DNA of 64,000 nucleotides from an uncultured Erysipelotrichaceae bacterium. Its GTDB lineage: Bacteria > Bacillota_I > Bacilli_A > RF39 > UBA660. The DNA is taken from positions 75,209 to 139,208 of the forward strand of contig CADBDE010000001.1 of assembly GCA_902793375.1 (NCBI GenBank). The letters run 5' to 3'. Shown piece by piece: positions 46,845-57,876 of the stretch (within the stretch, counting starts at the first letter, position 1; each line of letters begins with the position of its first letter). A model generated the notes under the pieces. It saw nothing but the letters and a program-made list of their open reading frames with translations. It was not told where the DNA came from and did not search any database. Made by a program: the position numbers and the translations under genes.

Positions 46845-46927
46845 TTGAAAAAAAATAAATTTTGTTATAAAATATGTATTACGAAAGGAGTTAACTATAT
46901 TAAATTTGTAGTTAACTCTTTCTTTTT
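46845..46927 (+). promoter_or_regulatory. Promoter followed immediately by a terminator-like hairpin, upstream of the methyltransferase
   Basis: TTGAAA-N17-TAAAAT; GAAAGGAGTTAACTA/TAGTTAACTCTTTC plus T-run. Confidence 0.5.
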
Positions 46928-46947
46928 GCCTTAAAGGGGATGATTCA

Positions 46948-47535
46948 ATGGCTCAATATTTTGAAAATGTTAACTTACCTAGTAAAATTATAGAGTTTGA
47001 AGCATACTTCTTAAAAACTAAATTTATTTTTAAAGCGGATAATGGAGTTTTCTCCAAAGAAAAATTAGATTTTGGTACAAGATTACTTCTTGAAAACCTC
47101 CCTATGAAAGATATGTCTGGTGATGTTCTTGATTTAGGATGCGGTTATGGAGTAGTAAGTATTATTCTTTCAAAATTTATTAATGCTAACTTTGATGCGG
47201 TAGATGTTAATAGACGAGCGTTACACTTGTTTGAAATGAATATCAAACTAAATAATGTAAGCAATATTAATATCTTTGAAAGTGATTGTTATGAAAATGT
47301 AGATAAAAAGTATGATTATATAATTACTAATCCACCTATAAGGGCTGGAAAAGAAGTAGTATATAAAATGTTAAGAGGTGCAAAAGATCATTTAAAAGAA
47401 AAGGGAGCTTTGTACTTCGTAATGAGAAAAGATCATGGTGCAAAAACAGCAATAAAAGACATATCAGATATATATAATTGCGAAATAATTACTAAAGAAA
47501 AAGGTTTTTTCGTAATTAAGTGTATTTCTCGTTGA
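46948..47535 (+). CDS. Class I SAM methyltransferase, RsmC/YbxB-like
   Basis: GVFS...DFGT.LL, LDLGCGYG, DVN.RA, TNPPIRAGK; conserved position before rpoB. Confidence 0.92.
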   Translation: MAQYFENVNLPSKIIEFEAYFLKTKFIFKADNGVFSKEKLDFGTRLLLENLPMKDMSGDVLDLGCGYGVVSIILSKFINANFDAVDVNRRALHLFEMNIKLNNVSNINIFESDCYENVDKKYDYIITNPPIRAGKEVVYKMLRGAKDHLKEKGALYFVMRKDHGAKTAIKDISDIYNCEIITKEKGFFVIKCISR

Positions 47536-47630
47536 CATCTTGCGAAATTTGTGCTAATAATATAAATTGGCTATGTATTAGACTTGGCTATTTTGTTCTT
47601 TGTAAAATATTGTAATTGGGGTGAATTTTA

Positions 47631-50600
47631 GTGGCATATAAGGTTATAAAATGTGGAGAAAAAAGACAAAGAAGAAGTTTTTCTAAAATTAGAAATACTT
47701 ATGAATTGACAGACTTATTGGAAATTCAAAAAAAATCATATCAATGGTTTAGAGACGTTGGTATAAAAGAGGTTTTTGATGATTTATTCCCTGTTGAAAA
47801 CTTTTCAGGTACTTTATCATTAGAGTTTGGTGATTATCATTTTGATGAACCAAGATATAGTATTAGACAAAGCAAAGATAGAGAAACTACTTACGCTGCA
47901 CCTTTAAAGGTTGAAGTAAGATTATTCAATCATGAAACTGGTGAAGTAAAAGAGCAAGAAATTTTCTTAGGTGATATGCCTATAATGACTGACAGTGGAT
48001 CATTTGTTATTAATGGAGCAGAACGTGTAATCGTATCTCAATTGGTAAGATCACCATCTGTATACTTTAATCGTGAAATAGATAAAAATGGAAGAAGTAG
48101 TATTTCTTCTCAAATTATTCCAACACGTGGAACTTGGCTTGAATTTGAAACTGATGCCAGGGATGTTTTGTATGTAAGAATAGATAGAACAAGAAAGGTT
48201 CCTCTTACAACTCTTTTACGTGCTTTTGGATTATCTAGTGATGAAGATATATTAAAATTATTTGGAAATGATCCATATATAGAGAATACTTTAGCTAAGG
48301 ATTCTACAAGAAATACTGATGAAGCATTAATAGAAATATATGAAAAATTAAGACCAGGAGAACCATCTACACTTGATTCTTCTAAGAACCAAATTATTAC
48401 TAGATTCTTTGATGAATTTAGATATGATTTAGCTCGTGTAGGTCGTTATAAATTTAATAGAAAATTAAATGTACTAGATAGAGTATTAAATCAAACACTT
48501 GCTGAAGATATTAAAGTAGGTAAGGAAGTAGTATTTGAAAAAGGTACAGTTGTTAATAAAGATGTATTTAATAGATTAAAAGAAATTTTTGCTGAAGGAT
48601 ACAATGTTGTTGAAGCAAAGATTAATGAAGAATTAGATACATATAATAAGATTCAAACAATTAAAGTATATAATCCTGAAAATAAGAAAGAAGTATTTAC
48701 TTTAATAGGTAATGATCAAAGTATAGATGTTAAAAGATTAACAATATCAGATGTTTATGCTTCTGTTTCTTATTACTTAAATTTATTACATGGAATTGGT
48801 AACTTTGATGAAATAGACCATTTAGGAAATCGTCGTGTAAGACAAGTTGGAGAATTATTACAAAACCAATTTAGAATTGGTGTATCTCGTATGGAAAGAG
48901 TTATTCGTGAGAGAATGACTACTCAAGAGATGGAAGAAGTTACTCCAAAAACATTAATTAATATAAGACCAATAACAGCAGCAATGAAAGAATTCTTTGG
49001 TTCAAGCCAATTATCACAATTCATGGATCAAACAAACCCAATTGCTGAATTAACAAATAAAAGACGTTTAAGTGCTTTAGGGCCAGGTGGATTATCTCGT
49101 GATAGAGCTGGTATGGAAGTACGTGACGTTAATGCATCTCACTATGGAAGAATTTGTCCAATTGAGTCTCCAGAAGGACAAAACATAGGACTTATTACTT
49201 CTTTAGCAAGTTATGCAAAAATTGATGATTATGGATTCATAATGACTCCATATAGAAAAGTTGTTGACAAGAAGTTAACTGATGAAGTTGAATATTTAAC
49301 AGCTGATCAAGAGCAAGATATGATGATATCTATTGCTACTGTTACAGTTGATGAAAATAATGTAATGACAGATGAAGTTGTACCAGCAAGATTTAGAGGT
49401 GAAAACTTACTTGTTAAACCAGAACAAGTTGATTATGTTGACGTATCACCTCAACAAGTTGTAGCTGTTACAACAAGTTGTATTCCATTCCTTGAGCACG
49501 ATGATGCAACACGTGCATTGATGGGAGCAAACATGCAACGTCAATCAGTACCTTTATTAAAGGCTGAAGCACCACTTGTAGGAACTGGTGTAGAGTATGT
49601 TGCAGCACGTGACTCTGGTGTTGAAGTATTATCTAAGGCTGATGGTGTTGTTGAATATGTTGATGCAAGAAAGATAGTTGTTAAAAACAAAGGTGGAAAA
49701 GATGAATATCATTTATCTAACTTTGAGTTATCTAACGCTGGTACTTGCCAACATCAAAGACCAATTGTTAAAGTTGGAGATAAAGTAAAACGTGGATCTG
49801 TTTTAGCAGATGGTCCTTCAACTGATCAAGGAGAGTTAGCTCTAGGTAAAAACGTTGTAGTTGCATTCATGACATTTAATGGATATAACTACGAGGATGC
49901 TGTTATATTAAATGAAAGATTAGTTAAAAATGATGTATATACAGGTATTCACCTAGAAGATTTTGAAATGCAATGTCGTGAAACTAAATTAGGACCTGAA
50001 GAAATTACAAGAGATATTCCTAATGTTTCAGAAGAAGCAAGAAAGAATCTAGATGAAAATGGTATTGTAATAGTAGGAACAGAAGTTAAAGAAGGAGATA
50101 TTCTTGTTGGTAAAGTTACACCAAAAGGAATGGCTGAATTAACTTCAGAAGAAAAACTATTACATGCAATATTTGGAGAAAAAACTCGTGAAGTAAGAGA
50201 TACATCACTACGTGTTCCACATGGTGGAGATGGTATTGTTCACGATGTTAAAGTATTCTCAAGAAAAGATAATGACGAATTACCTGCAGGTGTTTCTAAA
50301 GTAATTCGTGTATATATCGCACAAAAGAGAAAAATCCAAGTTGGAGATAAGATGTCAGGACGTCATGGAAATAAAGGTGTTATTTCACTTGTACTTCCAG
50401 AAGAAGACATGCCTTATTTACCAGATGGAAGAACAGTTGATATTATGCTTAATCCACAAGGTGTTCCATCTCGTATGAATATCGGACAGGTATTAGAGAT
50501 GCATTTAGGTATGGCTGCTAAAGAATTAGGAGTTTATATTGCTACACCAGTATTTGATGGTGCTAAGACAGATGATATTGCTGCAATGATGAAAGAAGCA

Positions 50601-51263
50601 GGAATGGCTGAAGATGGTAAATACACATTATATGATGGTAGAACTGGTGAGCCATTCGATAATAGAATTACAGTTGGTGTAATGTACATGATTAAACTAC
50701 ACCACATGGTAGATGATAAGCTACATGCAAGATCTACTGGACCATACTCAATGGTTACTCAACAACCTCTTGGTGGTAAAGCACAATTTGGTGGACAAAG
50801 ATTTGGAGAAATGGAAGTATGGGCACTAGAAGCATATGGTGCAGCTAATACATTACAAGAAGTAATCACTTATAAATCAGATGATATTATTGGACGTGTT
50901 AAAGTATATGAAGCTTTAATTAAAGGACAAGAAGTAAATCAAGCTGGAGTACCAGAAAGCTTTAGAGTTCTTATGAAAGAGTTCCAAGCTCTAGGACTTG
51001 ATATAAGTATTATAAATGATAAGAATGAAACAGTTGGATTAAAAGAAATGGAAGAGGAAGAAGATAGAGAAGAGCTTGAGCAAATTGCTCCAACTCCTAC
51101 TGATGACTTACCACTTCCACCACCATCTGACCCAGATGACGAATACATGGAAGATGAAGAAGATGAGGACGAAGATGAAGAAGATATGTTCTCAGATGAT
51201 GAGATAGATAAGGAATTTACTGAAGATTTTCAAGAAGATTTCATGGAAGGAGAAGATGAATAA
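47631..51263 (+). CDS. rpoB: RNA polymerase beta subunit
   Basis: [37 protein letters not shown]; acidic C-terminal tail. Confidence 0.99.
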   Translation: MAYKVIKCGEKRQRRSFSKIRNTYELTDLLEIQKKSYQWFRDVGIKEVFDDLFPVENFSGTLSLEFGDYHFDEPRYSIRQSKDRETTYAAPLKVEVRLFNHETGEVKEQEIFLGDMPIMTDSGSFVINGAERVIVSQLVRSPSVYFNREIDKNGRSSISSQIIPTRGTWLEFETDARDVLYVRIDRTRKVPLTTLLRAFGLSSDEDILKLFGNDPYIENTLAKDSTRNTDEALIEIYEKLRPGEPSTLDSSKNQIITRFFDEFRYDLARVGRYKFNRKLNVLDRVLNQTLAEDIKVGKEVVFEKGTVVNKDVFNRLKEIFAEGYNVVEAKINEELDTYNKIQTIKVYNPENKKEVFTLIGNDQSIDVKRLTISDVYASVSYYLNLLHGIGNFDEIDHLGNRRVRQVGELLQNQFRIGVSRMERVIRERMTTQEMEEVTPKTLINIRPITAAMKEFFGSSQLSQFMDQTNPIAELTNKRRLSALGPGGLSRDRAGMEVRDVNASHYGRICPIESPEGQNIGLITSLASYAKIDDYGFIMTPYRKVVDKKLTDEVEYLTADQEQDMMISIATVTVDENNVMTDEVVPARFRGENLLVKPEQVDYVDVSPQQVVAVTTSCIPFLEHDDATRALMGANMQRQSVPLLKAEAPLVGTGVEYVAARDSGVEVLSKADGVVEYVDARKIVVKNKGGKDEYHLSNFELSNAGTCQHQRPIVKVGDKVKRGSVLADGPSTDQGELALGKNVVVAFMTFNGYNYEDAVILNERLVKNDVYTGIHLEDFEMQCRETKLGPEEITRDIPNVSEEARKNLDENGIVIVGTEVKEGDILVGKVTPKGMAELTSEEKLLHAIFGEKTREVRDTSLRVPHGGDGIVHDVKVFSRKDNDELPAGVSKVIRVYIAQKRKIQVGDKMSGRHGNKGVISLVLPEEDMPYLPDGRTVDIMLNPQGVPSRMNIGQVLEMHLGMAAKELGVYIATPVFDGAKTDDIAAMMKEAGMAEDGKYTLYDGRTGEPFDNRITVGVMYMIKLHHMVDDKLHARSTGPYSMVTQQPLGGKAQFGGQRFGEMEVWALEAYGAANTLQEVITYKSDDIIGRVKVYEALIKGQEVNQAGVPESFRVLMKEFQALGLDISIINDKNETVGLKEMEEEEDREELEQIAPTPTDDLPLPPPSDPDDEYMEDEEDEDEDEEDMFSDDEIDKEFTEDFQEDFMEGEDE

Positions 51264-54200
51264 TGATAGAAGTAAATAAATTCGAAGCATTAAAAATTGG
51301 AATTGCTTCTCCTGAAAAAATAAGAAGTTGGTCATATGGTGAAGTAAAAAAACCAGAGACAATAAACTATAGAACACTTCGTCCAGAACGTGATGGATTG
51401 TTTTGCGAAAAAATCTTTGGACCAACAAAAGATTTTGAATGTGCTTGTGGAAAGTATAAAAGAGTAAGATATAAAAATATAGTATGTGATAGATGTGGAG
51501 TAGAAGTTACTCGTAGCAAAGTTCGTCGTGAACGTATGGGTCACATTGAACTTGCTACTCCAGTATCACACATTTGGTACTTTAAAGGTGTACCTTCTCG
51601 TATGGGACTTGTTCTTGATATGTCTCCAAGAGATTTGGAAGAAGTATTATACTTTGTTAGTTATGTTGTAATTGATAAGGGGATTGCACCTTTAGAAGAT
51701 AAGCAAACATTATCTGAAAAAGAATATCGTCAGTATTATGAAAAATATGGTGATGGATTCAAAGTAGGAATGGGTGCTGAAGCAATTAAAGAACTATTAA
51801 AGAAAATAGATCTTGAAAAAGAAATTGCTGAACTTGAAAAAGAACTTGAAAATGCTCAAGGACAAAAGAGAACAAGACTTATTAAAAGACTTGATGTTCT
51901 TGATGCCTTCTATAAATCAGGAAATCGTCCTGAATGGATGATATTTGATTGTATTCCTGTTATTCCACCTGATTTAAGACCTATGATTCAACTTGATGGT
52001 GGAAGATTTGCAACAAGTGATTTAAATGATTTGTATAGACGTGTAATTAATCGTAACAATCGTTTAAAGAAATTAATAGATTTAAATGCTCCTGGAATTA
52101 TTATTCAAAATGAAAAACGTATGTTACAAGAAGCAGTTGACGCTTTATTTGACAATGGAAGGCGTGGAAGAAGTGTTACAGGTGCCGGAAATCGTCCTTT
52201 GAAATCACTTTCTAGCATGTTAAAGGGAAAACAAGGAAGATTCCGTCAAAACTTATTAGGAAAACGTGTTGACTATTCAGGTCGTTCAGTTATCGTTGTT
52301 GGTCCATCTCTAAAAATGTATCAATGTGGTATTCCAAAAGATATGGCACTTGAATTATTCAAACCACATGTAATCCATGAGTTAGTTGAAAGAGATATAG
52401 CTCATAATATAAAAGCTGCAAAGCGTTTGATAGATAACAAAGATCCAAAAGTTTGGGATATAGTAGAAGATGTTATTAAAGAACATCCAGTATTATTAAA
52501 CCGTGCTCCTACACTTCACAGACTTGGAATTCAAGCATTTGAGCCAGTTCTAATTGGTGGAAAAGCTATTCGTCTTCACCCACTAGTTTGTACAGCATTT
52601 AATGCAGACTTCGATGGTGACCAAATGGCTGTTCACGTTCCACTTTCAGAAGAAGCTCAAGCAGAAGCAAGATTATTAATGCTTGGTGCAAACAACATTC
52701 TATCTCCAAAAGATGGATCACCTATTGTTACCCCTTCACAAGACATGGTTTTAGGTAACTACTATATAACTATGGAAAAAGCAGAACTTCCTGGTGAAGG
52801 AAGAGTATTTAAAAATGCTAATGAAGCATTGATGGCTTATGAAAGAAGAGAAATTAATCTTCACACTAGAATAGCAATTCCAGTTGATTCATTTAAACAT
52901 AAGTTATTTATTGAAACTCAAAAAGGAAAATATTTAGTAACAACTGTAGGTAAATTAAAATTTAATGAAATTCTTCCAGATTCATTTGCATATATAAATG
53001 AACCAAGTGATGATAATATTCAAAATATTACACCAAATAAGTATTTCATTGAAAAGGGTCAAAATATACCTGAAGTTATTAAAAATATGCCAATTGTAAA
53101 ACCTTTTGCTAAAGGTATACTTGAAAAAATAATCGCACAAGTATTTAAGAGATATAAAACAACTGAAACTTCAATTATGCTTGATAAAATGAAAGATTTA
53201 GGATTTAAATATTCTACATTATCAGGAATTACAATTTCAATTAGTGACGTTGTTACTAGTGATACTAAACAAGAAATAATTGAAAAAGCAAAAGAAACAG
53301 TTGAAAAAATAAATAAACAATTTAATCGTGGTTTAATTACAAATGAAGAAAGATTCAACAAAGTAATAGAAACATGGGATGGTGCTAAGGCAGAAGTACA
53401 AAAAGAATTAGTTGCTAAATCAGAAACAGATATGGATAATCCAATATTCATAATGATGCACTCTAAAGCACGTGGATCTACTTCCCACTTAGTACAACTT
53501 GCTGGAATGCGTGGAATCATGTCTAAACCAGATGGTACTCCAGTTGAAATTCCTATTACATCTAACTTTAGAGAAGGATTATCAGTTGCTGAATTCTTCT
53601 TATCAACTCATGGTGCTCGTAAAGGATCTGCCGATACTGCTTTAAAAACAGCTGACTCTGGATACTTAACAAGACGTTTAGTTGATGTATCACACGATAT
53701 AATCGTTCGTGAAGAAGATTGTGGAACTGAAAATGGTGTTGTAGTATCTGCATTCATTAATGATAAAACTGGTGAAACAATTGAAAAATTGTATGATAGA
53801 ATAGTTGGAAGATTTACTAATAAAAAGGTTATCAATCCACAAACAAAAGAAGTTATTTGTGATAAATTAACACTTATTACTGAAACATTAGCAGAAAAGA
53901 TAATTGATGCAGGAATAACTGAGGTAGAAATAAGAACAACATTAACTTGTAATACTCCTAATGGTGTATGTCAAAAATGTTATGGTAGAAACCTTGCAAC
54001 AGGTAATTTAGTTGAAGTGGGAGAAGCTGTAGGTGTTATGGCTGCTCAATCAATTGGAGAACCTGGTACTCAGTTAACAATGAGAACATTCCATACAGGT
54101 GGAGTTGCAGGTGGAGAAGATATTACTCAAGGTCTTCCTCGTATCCAAGAATTATTTGAAGCAAGAATTCCAAAAGGAAAAGCAACAATTGCTGAAATAT

Positions 54201-54895
54201 CAGGAAAAGTAACTAAGATTGATGATGATCATGGTAAATTTAGAATTAGCATCAAAAATGATCTTGAAACAAAGGAACATGTTTCTAACTATGGTGCTAA
54301 GTTAAAAGTTGAGATAGGTGATATGGTTCAAACTGGTGATAAATTAACAGAAGGATCTATAAGTCCTAAAGAATTATTAGCAGTAACTGACCCACTTACT
54401 ACTCAAGAGTATATTCTTAAAGAAGTACAACATGTTTATCGTTCTCAAGCAGTTGATATTTCTGATAAACACGTTGAGTTAATCGCTAAGAGAATGATTT
54501 CTAAGATGAGAATAGTTGAACCAGGAGATACTAAATTTGTTCCTGGTGGGCTTGTAAGCTTTAAAGAATTTACTGAAGGAAATAAGGAAGCAATAATAGC
54601 TGGAAAGAAACCAGCTTCTGGTAAACCAGTATTATTAGGTATTACTAAAGCTTCTCTTGATACAGATTCATTCTTATCAGCAGCATCATTCCAAGAAACA
54701 ACTAGAATATTAACTGATGCAGCAATTAAAGGAAAAGTTGATACACTTCATGGTCTAAAGGAAAATGTTATCATTGGTAAATTAATACCAGCAGGTACAG
54801 GAGTAAAAGCTTATAAAAATGTTGATTATGAGTTAGCTTCTCAACTTGTTGATGAAGAACCATTAGATAAACTTGAAGATGAATTAATGGAATAG
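51263..54895 (+). CDS. rpoC: RNA polymerase beta' subunit
   Basis: NADFDGDQM, zinc finger, [16 protein letters not shown]. Confidence 0.99.
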   Translation: MIEVNKFEALKIGIASPEKIRSWSYGEVKKPETINYRTLRPERDGLFCEKIFGPTKDFECACGKYKRVRYKNIVCDRCGVEVTRSKVRRERMGHIELATPVSHIWYFKGVPSRMGLVLDMSPRDLEEVLYFVSYVVIDKGIAPLEDKQTLSEKEYRQYYEKYGDGFKVGMGAEAIKELLKKIDLEKEIAELEKELENAQGQKRTRLIKRLDVLDAFYKSGNRPEWMIFDCIPVIPPDLRPMIQLDGGRFATSDLNDLYRRVINRNNRLKKLIDLNAPGIIIQNEKRMLQEAVDALFDNGRRGRSVTGAGNRPLKSLSSMLKGKQGRFRQNLLGKRVDYSGRSVIVVGPSLKMYQCGIPKDMALELFKPHVIHELVERDIAHNIKAAKRLIDNKDPKVWDIVEDVIKEHPVLLNRAPTLHRLGIQAFEPVLIGGKAIRLHPLVCTAFNADFDGDQMAVHVPLSEEAQAEARLLMLGANNILSPKDGSPIVTPSQDMVLGNYYITMEKAELPGEGRVFKNANEALMAYERREINLHTRIAIPVDSFKHKLFIETQKGKYLVTTVGKLKFNEILPDSFAYINEPSDDNIQNITPNKYFIEKGQNIPEVIKNMPIVKPFAKGILEKIIAQVFKRYKTTETSIMLDKMKDLGFKYSTLSGITISISDVVTSDTKQEIIEKAKETVEKINKQFNRGLITNEERFNKVIETWDGAKAEVQKELVAKSETDMDNPIFIMMHSKARGSTSHLVQLAGMRGIMSKPDGTPVEIPITSNFREGLSVAEFFLSTHGARKGSADTALKTADSGYLTRRLVDVSHDIIVREEDCGTENGVVVSAFINDKTGETIEKLYDRIVGRFTNKKVINPQTKEVICDKLTLITETLAEKIIDAGITEVEIRTTLTCNTPNGVCQKCYGRNLATGNLVEVGEAVGVMAAQSIGEPGTQLTMRTFHTGGVAGGEDITQGLPRIQELFEARIPKGKATIAEISGKVTKIDDDHGKFRISIKNDLETKEHVSNYGAKLKVEIGDMVQTGDKLTEGSISPKELLAVTDPLTTQEYILKEVQHVYRSQAVDISDKHVELIAKRMISKMRIVEPGDTKFVPGGLVSFKEFTEGNKEAIIAGKKPASGKPVLLGITKASLDTDSFLSAASFQETTRILTDAAIKGKVDTLHGLKENVIIGKLIPAGTGVKAYKNVDYELASQLVDEEPLDKLEDELME

Positions 54896-54898
54896 TAT

Positions 54899-54934
54899 AA
54901 AAGAGTATTGATCAAGATTAATCAATACTCTTTT
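54899..54934 (+). terminator. Rho-independent terminator after rpoC
   Basis: AAAAGAGTATTGAT...ATCAATACTCTTTT. Confidence 0.85.
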
Positions 54935-55010
54935 TATATGTATTTATTGTTATGGTATTAATTTAATGATATAATTTTAAATAGAGATTATCAAATATGG
55001 AGGCATAAAT

Positions 55011-56798
55011 ATGGATAAAATCATGAAGAAAAATTATTCAAAATGGCTTGTTTTAATAATGGAATTTATTTTATATCTTGTTTTATTTTGCTTTAAGAAA
55101 ATAGTGCATTTTGATATAATCAGTCATTTATTAATGATTGCCATAATAATTGTTAGTTGGTATTATTTTTTTAATAAAACTATTAATAAATTTAAATATA
55201 CTAAGATACAATTAATATTTTTAATAATAATTGATTTATGTATTTCATTTTTTGTATCAGGAAAAGTTTTATTTTTGACTGATTCAGTTATATCAATTAG
55301 TTTTTTTAGTATATTATTATATCTATTAACTATTATTTTTATGTTTCCCTTTATATGTAATCTTATTTACTTGTTAGATAATGTAAATATTGTTGATAAA
55401 AAAGCAAATAATGAGTCTTCAAAAAAGTTCGCTATAAAGATTTTTTTCCTTTCATTTGCTATTATGCTTATATATTGTATAGCATTCTATCCTGGGAATA
55501 TAACTTCTGATACAGTTGATCAAATAGCACAAGCCATTGGAGAATATCCGATTAATAATGCTCATCCTGCAATAAACGCAATAATAATTCGCTTATTATT
55601 AAATGTTTGGAATAATATTTTTGTTATAGTAATTGGGTATTCTTTGTTTTTTTCACTTATTTTAACTCATATATATAAATTTTTATATGAACAAAAAATA
55701 AATAAAAAATTCTTATATATATCATTATTAATTTTCTTGGTGTCAGTAAATAATATGTCATTAATTACAATGGCATGGAAAGATGTTCCGTTTACTATAT
55801 CACTTTTATGGCTTACTTTTGAGTCATATAAGATAGTAAAACTAAAAGATTCTTATTTTAAAAGTATTATAAATATATTGTTCTTTATTCTATCGATGAC
55901 ATTAACATATTATTTTAGATATAATGGAATGTTTCCATTTATTGTAATGATTGCATACTTATTATTTATAACATTTAAATTAAGGGAAAAGTTAAAGATA
56001 GTAGTAACGATCATTTTATGTTTTTTATCTATATGGTTTGTTAAGGGGCCAGTCTACGATTATTTTGAGGTATCTCAAACAGATGGAATATCTGGTGGAG
56101 CGGCTTCTTTTGCGGCAAAAGGACTTGGAGCACTTGTATATTATGATGGTAATTTATCAGAAGAAGATTTAGAAACAATAAGTCAACTAGCTGATTTAGA
56201 TGATTTAAAAGAATTCTACTATGCTTATAATATAGATACGTATTCGTTCCAAGATATTCATTTTAATGAAGGAATTGATAGACTTGGTGTTGCAAAAATA
56301 TATGGAATGTATATTAAACATCTTTTTAAAAATCCAAATATTATAGTTAGAGATAGACTTGATGGCAGTAATTTGCTATGGTCATATGAAACCCCCAAGG
56401 GAGGATTTGACTATAAGTATGATTTTGGGGTTCAATATCCTAATTGGGTAGAAGATTTTAAAGGATTTGAAAGAAATGAAGGAACAGCTTACTTTCCAAA
56501 ATCAAATATTTTGAAAAGTGGAATATCTTTTTATCAAAAAGTTGTTAATAAGATAGTACTATTGGATTCATTCTTTTGGAGAGGTGGTATTGTATTAAGC
56601 ATATTTGTGGTATTAATGTATTTTATCTTTATTAGAAAAATTCATATAATACCAGCAACATATCCAACAATAATTAATATATTGTTTTGGTTTGCTTTAT
56701 TAAATAATCAAAGCTATAGATACATATGGTTTTTATATATTAATACATTCTTTTTGATAATATTTACATTGTTAGAAAAGAAAAAAACTAATAAGTAA
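55011..56798 (+). CDS. Polytopic membrane protein, putative GT-C glycosyltransferase (DUF6020-like); paralog 1
   Basis: About 13 TM helices; AFYPG.IT.D...Q, HP, WKD.PF, R.NG, RY motifs; in a glycan locus. Confidence 0.65.
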   Translation: MDKIMKKNYSKWLVLIMEFILYLVLFCFKKIVHFDIISHLLMIAIIIVSWYYFFNKTINKFKYTKIQLIFLIIIDLCISFFVSGKVLFLTDSVISISFFSILLYLLTIIFMFPFICNLIYLLDNVNIVDKKANNESSKKFAIKIFFLSFAIMLIYCIAFYPGNITSDTVDQIAQAIGEYPINNAHPAINAIIIRLLLNVWNNIFVIVIGYSLFFSLILTHIYKFLYEQKINKKFLYISLLIFLVSVNNMSLITMAWKDVPFTISLLWLTFESYKIVKLKDSYFKSIINILFFILSMTLTYYFRYNGMFPFIVMIAYLLFITFKLREKLKIVVTIILCFLSIWFVKGPVYDYFEVSQTDGISGGAASFAAKGLGALVYYDGNLSEEDLETISQLADLDDLKEFYYAYNIDTYSFQDIHFNEGIDRLGVAKIYGMYIKHLFKNPNIIVRDRLDGSNLLWSYETPKGGFDYKYDFGVQYPNWVEDFKGFERNEGTAYFPKSNILKSGISFYQKVVNKIVLLDSFFWRGGIVLSIFVVLMYFIFIRKIHIIPATYPTIINILFWFALLNNQSYRYIWFLYINTFFLIIFTLLEKKKTNK

Positions 56799-56810
56799 AG
56801 TGGTGATAAT

Positions 56811-57524
56811 ATGAAAAAAATACTTATAATAATTCCTGCGTATAATGAGGAAAAAAGTATTTTGAATACTTATAAAGAAATAGTAAATTATAATAAAAAA
56901 TATAAAACAAATTATGAGTGTATTGTAATAAATGATGGGTCAAAGGACAATACAGAAACAATACTTGTAGATAACAATATACCTCATTTAAGATTGCCAA
57001 ATAATTTAGGTATTGGTGGAGCTGTACAAGCAGGTTACAAATATGCTTTTGAGAATAATTATGACATTGCTATTCAATTTGATGGTGATGGGCAGCATGA
57101 TGTTAATTATATTAAAGATATTGTTAAACCAATTGATAATAATAAAGCAAATCTAGTAATTGGATCTCGCTTTATTAAAGAAGAATTCGGAGATTTTAAA
57201 TCTACCAAAATGAGAAGAGTTGGAATTAATCTAATATCAAAAATAATAAAGATTAAAACAAAAAAGAAAATATATGATACAACATCTGGTTTTAGAGCTG
57301 CTGATAAAAATGTAATAAAATTATTTAAAGATGATTATCCAACTGAATATCCTGAACCAATTTCTTCAGTAAATGTATTATTAAATAATTATACTATTGA
57401 TGAAGTTCCTGTAGAAATGAAACCAAGAGTTGCTGGTAAATCGTCTATATCTAAGTTAAAAAGTATCTATTATATGATAAATGTATTATTATCTATTTTA
57501 ATTATGAAAGGAAGAAGAAAATGA
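56811..57524 (+). CDS. GT2 polyprenyl-phosphate glycosyltransferase (DPM1/GacI-like)
   Basis: IIPAYNE, NDGS.D, NLGIGGAVQ.G, QFDGDGQH, GSRF, D.TSGFR, YPEP. Confidence 0.9.
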   Translation: MKKILIIIPAYNEEKSILNTYKEIVNYNKKYKTNYECIVINDGSKDNTETILVDNNIPHLRLPNNLGIGGAVQAGYKYAFENNYDIAIQFDGDGQHDVNYIKDIVKPIDNNKANLVIGSRFIKEEFGDFKSTKMRRVGINLISKIIKIKTKKKIYDTTSGFRAADKNVIKLFKDDYPTEYPEPISSVNVLLNNYTIDEVPVEMKPRVAGKSSISKLKSIYYMINVLLSILIMKGRRK

Positions 57525-57865
57525 GTAAAACTATAATAATTTCTTTAATAGTATTTTCTTTTATATGGCTTATTATTATCTTAAGAGATGTTAGAAAAGG
57601 AAATATTTCTATAAAATATTCTCTTATATGGTTATTAATGGCTATAATACTATTATTAGTTGGTGTATTTCCATCATTTATGGAGTTTGTAGCAGAATCT
57701 TTTGGATTTACAACTATATCGAATTTGGTAATAGGTATAATTCTTACTCTTTTATTACTTATAACATTAGTATTAACTCATATAGTTACAAAACAAAAAA
57801 ATCAAATAAGGGAATTAACCCAGGAAGTGGCTTTAATAAAAGAAAAAATTAAGAATAAAAAATAA
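57521..57865 (+). CDS. DUF2304 (GacJ-like) small membrane protein
   Basis: KYSLIWL, FG...SN, L.QEVAL; overlaps the GT2 stop codon. Confidence 0.85.
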   Translation: MSKTIIISLIVFSFIWLIIILRDVRKGNISIKYSLIWLLMAIILLLVGVFPSFMEFVAESFGFTTISNLVIGIILTLLLLITLVLTHIVTKQKNQIRELTQEVALIKEKIKNKK

Positions 57866-57876
57866 GGAGGTTTATT

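Noticed and set aside
47532..47563. rpoB promoter TTGACA-N17-TAATAA
   Set aside because: Perfect -35, but the -10 at canonical spacing lacks the conserved final T; plausible but not firm enough to list.
44600..47630. A complete DGR cassette (RT, TR, Avd) near the pilin
   Set aside because: No RT ORF and no second copy of the variable region found by eye in the window; only a remote-target hypothesis is supportable.
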